Shown: piece after piece, positions 57,684-64,000 of the stretch
How positions within the stretch are numbered: position 1 is the first letter of the stretch
Layout of the letters: each line of letters starts with the position of its first letter
Virus record (IMG/VR): IMGVR_UViG_3300021399_000002
Coordinates: 64,001-128,000 of that record
Source: a virus
Lineage: Duplodnaviria > Caudoviricetes
Length of the DNA: 64,000 nucleotides
Direction: 5' to 3' (one strand)
The notes under the pieces: generated by a model
Database searches by the model: none
What the model was told of the DNA's origin: nothing
Seen by the model: the letters and a program-made list of their open reading frames with translations, nothing else
Program-made: the position numbers and the translations under genes

Positions 57684-59975
57684 ATGAAATTACAAATTCG
57701 TAAACGCACTGGGCAATTAGTACCATTTGATAAAGAAAAAATTCAAACAGCCATATGTAAAGCATGGCATGAAATTTATCCAACAGAAAAAGGATTTCCA
57801 CCTTATGCCGAAGAAATTGCAGATGAAGTAGAATATGTTGCTCATGAAATGGATGAACCTTTAGGTGTAGAAGATATTCAAGAATTAGTTGAAGATTATC
57901 TTACAGATTATGATTTAAAAGTTGGTAAAGCATATATTAAGTATCGCTATAAACATGGCATTATGCGCGCAAATTCAACCGAATTCATTCGAGCTATTAG
58001 CGAAAAACTTCAAGCATCCAATGTGCAAAATCAAAATGCAAATATAGATGAACATTCATTTGGCGGCCGCGTTGGCGAAGCATCTGATGAAATGATGAAG
58101 CAATATGCACTTGATTATTGTATGTCAGAAATGGCCCGTAACAATCATTTAAATAATGAGATTTATATTCACGATTTAAGTGCCTATGCAGTAGGTATGC
58201 ATAATTGTTTAAGTATCCCATTTGATGATTTATTAGCAAAGGGCTTTAACACTAGGCAAACAGATGTTCGCCCTGCTAATTCTATTAATACTGCTTTCCA
58301 GCTTGTAGCAGTTATCTTCCAACTACAATCTTTAATGCAGTTTGGCGGCGTTAGTGCTACACATTTGGATTGGACTATGGTTCCTTATGTGAGGAAGAGT
58401 TTTTGGAAACATTTTAAAGATGGATTAAAATGGTTTGATGAAGGAAATGAAGCACATTATTTTGCCAATGTAGATATTAGTAAAATGCCTATTGAACCTT
58501 ATCATAATTTAACAGTTGATGAAGATGTGCTTCCTTTAGTACAAACTGCGCAAGTAACAAAAGCTTATAAATATGCAATAGAAATGACTGAGCGCGAATT
58601 GCAGCAGGCAGTCGAGGGCATGTATCATAACCTTAACACGCTCCAATCCAGAAGCGGAAATCAGTTGCCTTTCACATCTATTAACTATGGCACCTGTACG
58701 CTACCGGAAGGTCGTATGGTAATTAAGGCATTGCTAGAAGGTTCTATTAAAGGCGTTGGTAAATTTCATAAGACTCCGATCTTTCCATGTGGTATTTTTC
58801 AATGTATGAAAGGTGTCAATAGAGCACCTGGGGATCCAAATTATGATCTATTTAGATTAGCCCTAGAATCTACAGCTAAGCGTATTTATCCTAACTATGC
58901 AAATGTTGACTGGAGTAATGCGGCTGGATATGATATAAATGATCCTCGTACTTACTTTTCTACAATGGGTTGTAGAACCGCAAACCTTGCTGATATCAAT
59001 GCAGAACCTGGCACCAATCCTCAAATGAAAGATGGCCGTGGTAATATTTGTCCTGTTACTATTATTATGCCAACATTAGCGATGGAGGCAAAGGAAAAAT
59101 GTAAAAAAGCCACTCTTTCTGATGGCAGCACGATTACATTTGAAGGATATATAATAGACGAATTTATGCAATTATTAGATGAAAAAATTCATGAAGCTAA
59201 AGATATGCTTCTGGAACGTTTTGAATGGATTTGTAAACAGTCTCCCGCATCCGCGAAGTTTATGTATGAAAATAATACTATGCTTGGCTATCATCCAGAA
59301 GAAGGTATTCGCTCTGCATTGAAGCATGGCACCATTGTTATTGGACAACTAGGACTCGCGGAAACCCTTCAAATTCTAATTGGTTGCGATCACACTACTG
59401 AAAAAGGAATGGAACTTGCCAAGAGAATTGAGCAACTATTTAAAGACAGATGCGCAGAGTTTAAGAAAGAATATAAATTAAACTTTGGTGTATATTATAC
59501 CCCTGCCGAAAATCTCTGCTACACCGCAATGAAGAAGTTCAAGGCAAAATATGGCGAAATTCCAAATATTTCCGACCGTGAATATTTTACTAATAGTATT
59601 CATGTCCCAGTATGGCATGATATTTCAATCTTTGACAAAATTGATATTGAGAGTCAATTAACGGGTTATTCTAGCGCCGGATGTATTACATATGTAGAAG
59701 TACCATCTGGAGTAAAGAATAACATTGATGCTCTTGAAATCATTGTAAACTATGCTATGGATCATGATATCCCGTATTTCGCTTTGAACATACCCCTAGA
59801 TATGTGTAATGACTGTGGTTATCAGGATGAAATTGGTGAAAGCTGTCCTGAATGTGGCAGTAAGAATATTTCAAGACTTAGACGCGTAACTGGATATCTT
59901 ACTGGTTCTTATAAAGATGCTTTTAATCTTGGAAAGCAAGCTGAAACAGAAGAAAGAGTAAAACATATTCATTGA
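57684..59975 (+). CDS. nrdD: anaerobic (class III) ribonucleotide reductase with ATP cone
   Basis: IRKR.G...FD..KI ATP cone, YIHDL, MGCR, TPAE, CxxC..CxxC, RRVTGYL. Confidence 0.96.
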   Translation: MKLQIRKRTGQLVPFDKEKIQTAICKAWHEIYPTEKGFPPYAEEIADEVEYVAHEMDEPLGVEDIQELVEDYLTDYDLKVGKAYIKYRYKHGIMRANSTEFIRAISEKLQASNVQNQNANIDEHSFGGRVGEASDEMMKQYALDYCMSEMARNNHLNNEIYIHDLSAYAVGMHNCLSIPFDDLLAKGFNTRQTDVRPANSINTAFQLVAVIFQLQSLMQFGGVSATHLDWTMVPYVRKSFWKHFKDGLKWFDEGNEAHYFANVDISKMPIEPYHNLTVDEDVLPLVQTAQVTKAYKYAIEMTERELQQAVEGMYHNLNTLQSRSGNQLPFTSINYGTCTLPEGRMVIKALLEGSIKGVGKFHKTPIFPCGIFQCMKGVNRAPGDPNYDLFRLALESTAKRIYPNYANVDWSNAAGYDINDPRTYFSTMGCRTANLADINAEPGTNPQMKDGRGNICPVTIIMPTLAMEAKEKCKKATLSDGSTITFEGYIIDEFMQLLDEKIHEAKDMLLERFEWICKQSPASAKFMYENNTMLGYHPEEGIRSALKHGTIVIGQLGLAETLQILIGCDHTTEKGMELAKRIEQLFKDRCAEFKKEYKLNFGVYYTPAENLCYTAMKKFKAKYGEIPNISDREYFTNSIHVPVWHDISIFDKIDIESQLTGYSSAGCITYVEVPSGVKNNIDALEIIVNYAMDHDIPYFALNIPLDMCNDCGYQDEIGESCPECGSKNISRLRRVTGYLTGSYKDAFNLGKQAETEERVKHIH

Positions 59976-60096
59976 GGTGATTATATGACTAAATTAGAAG
60001 ATATTATTGAAACTGATATTGGTACAATAGAAATATGGTCGCAAGATGAATTTGAATATTATCCTCCATATATAAAATCATAGGAGGATGATAATA

Positions 60097-60591
60097 ATGA
60101 GTAAAATCGCAGGAATCTATTGGGATGATACCGCGGCGGCACCAGGTATCTCCCTTTCAGTGTATTTTTCGGGATGTCATTTCCATTGCCCCGGATGTCA
60201 TAATCCCGAAGCACAAGATTTTAATTATGGTAAAGAATTTACCTGGGATTATATTAATGAAATTTTACATAAAATAAAAAAGAATGGCGTAATGCGAACT
60301 TTAAGTATTCTTGGCGGTGAGCCATTAAATAATGAAAATATTGATGCTGTAAAGCAATTAATCGGGTGGTGTAAACATGATTTTCCAGATTTAAAAATTT
60401 ATGTCTGGACTGGTTATACTATAGAAGAATTAGAAAAGCGAGATGATGATGATGTTAGAACGGTCCTCCGAAATATAACCTGTTTAATAGACGGGCGATA
60501 TGAGGAGGATAAAAGAGACACGACGTTGCCGCTACGTGGTTCTTCAAACCAGCGAATCATTATGATGGAGGATTATTTAAATGGCCATTAA
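60097..60591 (+). CDS. nrdG: class III RNR activating enzyme
   Basis: GC.FHCPGCHN, LGGEP, WTGY, RGSSNQR. Confidence 0.95.
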   Translation: MSKIAGIYWDDTAAAPGISLSVYFSGCHFHCPGCHNPEAQDFNYGKEFTWDYINEILHKIKKNGVMRTLSILGGEPLNNENIDAVKQLIGWCKHDFPDLKIYVWTGYTIEELEKRDDDDVRTVLRNITCLIDGRYEEDKRDTTLPLRGSSNQRIIMMEDYLNGH

Positions 60592-61144
60592 ATTATCAAG
60601 AGCAATATTTGCAGGTATGGCTATCGCGCTTGGAGGTTGGGCGTTCTTATCAGCGTCCAATCCTCTTGTAGGCGCAGTAATATTTGCCTGCGGATTACTT
60701 ACTGTAAGAATTTATAATTTACATTTATTTACTGGTAAGGTTCAATTTATGCTTACCAAAGAAAATCCTTGGTATTATTATCCATTGATACTTTTATGTA
60801 ATTTTTTTGGAGTGGCTATAATTGCTAGTTTATCACATATGGTGGTACATGATGCTGCCATAGCAGTAGCAACAGCCAAGAGTGCTCAAACAATATCAGC
60901 AGCATTAGCAAAAGGAATTGGTTGCGGAATGCTAATGTCTTTTGCAACCTATAAGAATACTCCACTTTGGGCGACGGTACTTGGAGTAGCAACTTTTATT
61001 ATAGCTGGCTTTAACCATTGTATTGCCGATTTCTACTATATGTTAGTAGGCGGTCAATTTAGTATAAATCTATTATTTACTATTTCAGGAAATATTATTG
61101 GTGGTATCTTATTTAGCGCACAAAAATTAAAATCTAATATTTGA
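60581..61144 (+). CDS. formate/nitrite transporter (FNT, FocA-like)
   Basis: AG..IALGG, LFTG, N..G, GIGCG.LM, GF.HCIAD, GN..GG. Confidence 0.85.
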   Translation: MAIKLSRAIFAGMAIALGGWAFLSASNPLVGAVIFACGLLTVRIYNLHLFTGKVQFMLTKENPWYYYPLILLCNFFGVAIIASLSHMVVHDAAIAVATAKSAQTISAALAKGIGCGMLMSFATYKNTPLWATVLGVATFIIAGFNHCIADFYYMLVGGQFSINLLFTISGNIIGGILFSAQKLKSNI

Positions 61145-61169
61145 CAAACTCCCAGAAATCTGATATAAT
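61141..61169 (+). promoter_or_regulatory. sigmaA-type promoter
   Basis: TTGACA-17-TATAAT with TG. Confidence 0.8.
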
Positions 61170-61197
61170 TAAGTATAAAAGAAGAGTGGTGATATAA

Positions 61198-62232
61198 ATG
61201 ACATACGCACTTATCGGTTGCTTAATTATAATTGGATTTCTGGGAGTTAAACTTTATTAGAAACAGAAAATTGATAAAGCTGTTTTAGAAAAATATAAAG
61301 CAGATATAGAAACAGTTCGTAATGAATTACATAATGTTGAAGTAGAATCATTGGCTATGATTCAAAAGTCTGTTAAATGTAAAGCAGAATACGAAGATTA
61401 TAAGAAAAAGCGTGAATATGAAGAATATAGACTTGAGGAATGTAAGAAAGATCTTCAAGCAGCACTGGATACTTATCATGATATTACTGATAATAAATTA
61501 AAAGAAATTGATAATTCTATTGAAGAATAGCGGCAAAAGCGCTAGCAAGAATTAGATTTGGCACTAGAAGAAAAATAGAATTATTATAATAAATTGCTTG
61601 AAGATACTATTAATCAATGCAATCTATAGGATGAAACAATTAAAGAAGCTTCAGAAGCTAAATGGCGCGAAGCTATGGAACAAATTGAACAATATAATAA
61701 TTCCATAGCAGAAGTTAAAGAACGATTTGAAAGTATTGAACAAACTTTAGCTTAGTATGAGAAAGATAAACAAGCAAAGTTATTTTATACTATTCAATTG
61801 CCTGATGAATATAAAGATGATATTGAGTTTTTGCTAACGACCGTTTCTATGAAAGTGCAACATCCAGATATCATTTCTAAGTTAGTTTGGGCAGAATATG
61901 TTAAACCAAATTTAGATGATACATTCAAACGAATTGAAATTAAATCAGAGCCGGGAATTTATAAAATAACTAATATAGATACTGGTAAATGCTATATTGG
62001 AAAGAGTACTAATGTAAAGACTCGTATTGCCGACCACTTTAAAAGCGCAATTGGAATTAAGTCAATAGCCGATTAGGCAGTGCATCATGCTATACTAAAA
62101 GAAGGATTTTGGAATTGGTAGATTGAAATTATTACTTATTGTGATAAGGATAAATTAAGTGAATTAGAAAAATATTATATAGAGTTCTTTAAATCATAGG
62201 AATTTGGATATAATAAAAATGCAGGAGGCTAA
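61198..62232 (+). CDS. membrane-anchored coiled-coil GIY-YIG nuclease (9 TAG=Gln)
   Basis: N-terminal hydrophobic helix, long E/K/Q coiled coil, GIYKITN...YIGKS...R...H, E..YI, GYN. Confidence 0.8.
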
Positions 62233-62233
62233 T

Positions 62234-62593
62234 ATGGAATACGCATCAAAAGAAATTCCAAATGTAAGATTAGTTTTCTTAAATAATGGAACTTAGGTTA
62301 GAGTAATTGATATAGAAACTATTGTTGACTATACAGAAGATATAGAAACAAATACAGAATTAGATGGTGCTCAAATTTATTTTGCTACTATTGATACTGA
62401 TGATTTTGATTTTATAGAATCAAAACAATATACAGAAATTTTATTATATCGTTGCTTAATTATGAGGAATTGCGATAACTATGAAGATAAATTATATTTT
62501 CCTCCCACCCTTACTTTTCATAAATTAAATTTTGAATATAGCCTAAATGCAGAAGGAGACCCTACACGATGGATGATAAGATTGAGCAATTAA
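62234..62593 (+). CDS. hypothetical protein (1 TAG=Gln)
   Basis: AGGAGG RBS; 119 aa under code 15. Confidence 0.65.
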
Positions 62594-62973
62594 ATACAGA
62601 AGAGCCTCTAACTTGTCAAGAATTGATTGAACGCTATGCTAAAATACAAAATATCAGTACTGAGGAAGCATATGAACAGGTTGGCGCGGATACACCCGAA
62701 GAGGTACTAAAAAAGATCCAAGACAAAACTATTGAAAAAATTAACTCAACTAGAGTACCAATGAATAGAGCACAGAGGCGCGCATTAAAGAAGAAAGTTG
62801 GCGCGAAAAAGTACGCTGAAATGATTAATGAAAGTGGAGATGCAGTTGGCGCTGTGAGCGAGACTGCAAAGAAACTTAATTATATTGATTTGATACAAAA
62901 ACTAAGAAAATTAAACGAAGAAAAAGAAAAGGAGATTAAAGAAAATGGCGAGACAGCTACTGAAGACAACTGA
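62569..62973 (+). CDS. hypothetical protein (NRAQRR motif)
   Basis: AAGGAG RBS. Confidence 0.7.
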   Translation: MDDKIEQLNTEEPLTCQELIERYAKIQNISTEEAYEQVGADTPEEVLKKIQDKTIEKINSTRVPMNRAQRRALKKKVGAKKYAEMINESGDAVGAVSETAKKLNYIDLIQKLRKLNEEKEKEIKENGETATEDN

Positions 62974-63154
62974 TGTATGGCGTGTGGATACTGAGGAAGA
63001 AGCTATGGAAATGATTGAAGATGCTAAAGATAGCCAGGCAGCCGGCGGATATACACTAACTAAATCTGGATATGTAGTAAAAACAAAGAAATCCAAAGGA
63101 GAAATAGTTGATATGTGGATGGTTGTTACAACAGAAAAAACATTCAGCGATTGA
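62945..63154 (+). CDS. hypothetical protein
   Basis: AAGGAG RBS. Confidence 0.7.
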   Translation: MARQLLKTTDVWRVDTEEEAMEMIEDAKDSQAAGGYTLTKSGYVVKTKKSKGEIVDMWMVVTTEKTFSD

Positions 63155-63165
63155 GGTGAAAGGAA

Positions 63166-63939
63166 ATGAATGAATTACAGACATTAATTGATTCTATTAA
63201 GGGATTAACTGATATAGATGATGAAAATTTAACTGATGATATGATGAAAATTATTCTTGATGGAGTAGAGCAGCAATTCTCAACTGAATTAGTACAGCAG
63301 TCTATTAATCAGATTGTAAATAATATGGAAGACCAAGGTTTAAGTAAGGCAGAAGCACAGGCTGCGATTAAGGCGCTATCTGATACTATGAAAGAAATGA
63401 TTTATAGTGAAGTGTCTTATACTGGAAATAAAAAGTTGCTAGTAGACACAATTATGAATAAAATGTTTAGTATCTTTGATGCCGCTGCGGAAAAGTATCA
63501 TTCCTATGCTATTGAACTTCCTATTCAGCTAGAAGAGGGCGCACAAGTACCAACATACGCGCATGATAGTGATGCTGCCGCTGATATGTATGCAATGGAA
63601 GATACGACAATTTCAGCTCATTCTATCGGAACACCAGTAAAGACTGGAGTACATATTCAATTACCAGAAGGATGGGTTGCATTTGTGCTACCTCGCTCTA
63701 GTATTGGCGCGAAAACTCCTCTTCGTTTAAGCAATAGCGTCGGCGTAATTGATAGTGGCTATCGCGGGGAGGTACGCGCGCTATATGACAATATTAGTGA
63801 TGAGCCTTATCAAATTCATAAGGGAGACCGTATAGCACAGATGCTTGTAATGCCATCTTATAGATTTAAGGCTAATGTAGTGGATTCTTTAGAGGATTCT
63901 GATAGGGGCGAAGCTGGCTTCGGTTCTACAGGAGTATGA
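63166..63939 (+). CDS. dut: trimeric dUTPase with a ~110-aa N-terminal extension
   Basis: AA.D, PRSS, GVIDSGYRGE, RIAQ, RG..GFGSTG. Confidence 0.92.
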   Translation: MNELQTLIDSIKGLTDIDDENLTDDMMKIILDGVEQQFSTELVQQSINQIVNNMEDQGLSKAEAQAAIKALSDTMKEMIYSEVSYTGNKKLLVDTIMNKMFSIFDAAAEKYHSYAIELPIQLEEGAQVPTYAHDSDAAADMYAMEDTTISAHSIGTPVKTGVHIQLPEGWVAFVLPRSSIGAKTPLRLSNSVGVIDSGYRGEVRALYDNISDEPYQIHKGDRIAQMLVMPSYRFKANVVDSLEDSDRGEAGFGSTGV

Positions 63940-64000
63940 GTACTATAAATATTTATTCTGTCTCTAATGCGTTGGAAGCAGAGGGATGGAAACTTATAAG
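63936..64000 (+). CDS. 5' fragment of the next gene (runs off the window)
   Basis: ATGA overlap, AGGAG RBS. Confidence 0.45.
   Translation, partial: MSTINIYSVSNALEAEGWKLI

Noticed and set aside
32-63096. All minus-strand ORFs in the supplied track
   Set aside because: They are short antisense shadows of + strand genes with no recognisable motifs; all promoters found point in the + direction.

Overview
A 64-kb segment of a large, AT-rich, apparently lytic phage of a Bacillota (Firmicutes) host. The host call rests on sigmaA-type TTGACW-N16/17-TATAAT promoters, AGGAGG ribosome-binding sites and a DnaE polymerase. All supported genes are on the + strand. The genome reads TAG as Gln (genetic code 15): genes end in TAA/TGA, and in-frame TAGs fall at conserved Gln positions, so many ORFs in the supplied track are fragments. 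Layout: (i) 0-5.7 kb, a tRNA/ncRNA cluster with 4 tRNAs, two tRNA-Tyr mimics closed by an ACAGCAA-bearing stem, a tRNA-Gln split by an HNH-plus-replacement-tRNA cassette, and two ~600-nt structured RNA candidates. (ii) 5.7-17 kb, an almost TAG-free early region with a candidate RNA-repair toolkit (methyltransferase, polynucleotide kinase, phosphoesterase, Ro60/TROVE-like DUF2828, nucleotidyltransferase, RNA ligase). (iii) 17-28 kb, TAG-rich, probably late genes plus RNase H, dNMP kinase, DNA ligase, ClpP-like and PIN-PhoH. (iv) 28-37 kb, nucleotide salvage genes, a second endonuclease insertion, an iteron-like candidate origin and many Zn-ribbon ORFs. (v) 37-64 kb, the replication and nucleotide core: type II topoisomerase split by an R-M-like pair, SSB, Sak4-like ATPase, helicase with a group I intron, primase, RecJ, DnaE, NrdD-NrdG-formate channel and dUTPase. 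Family calls come from motif recognition by eye; no searches were run.
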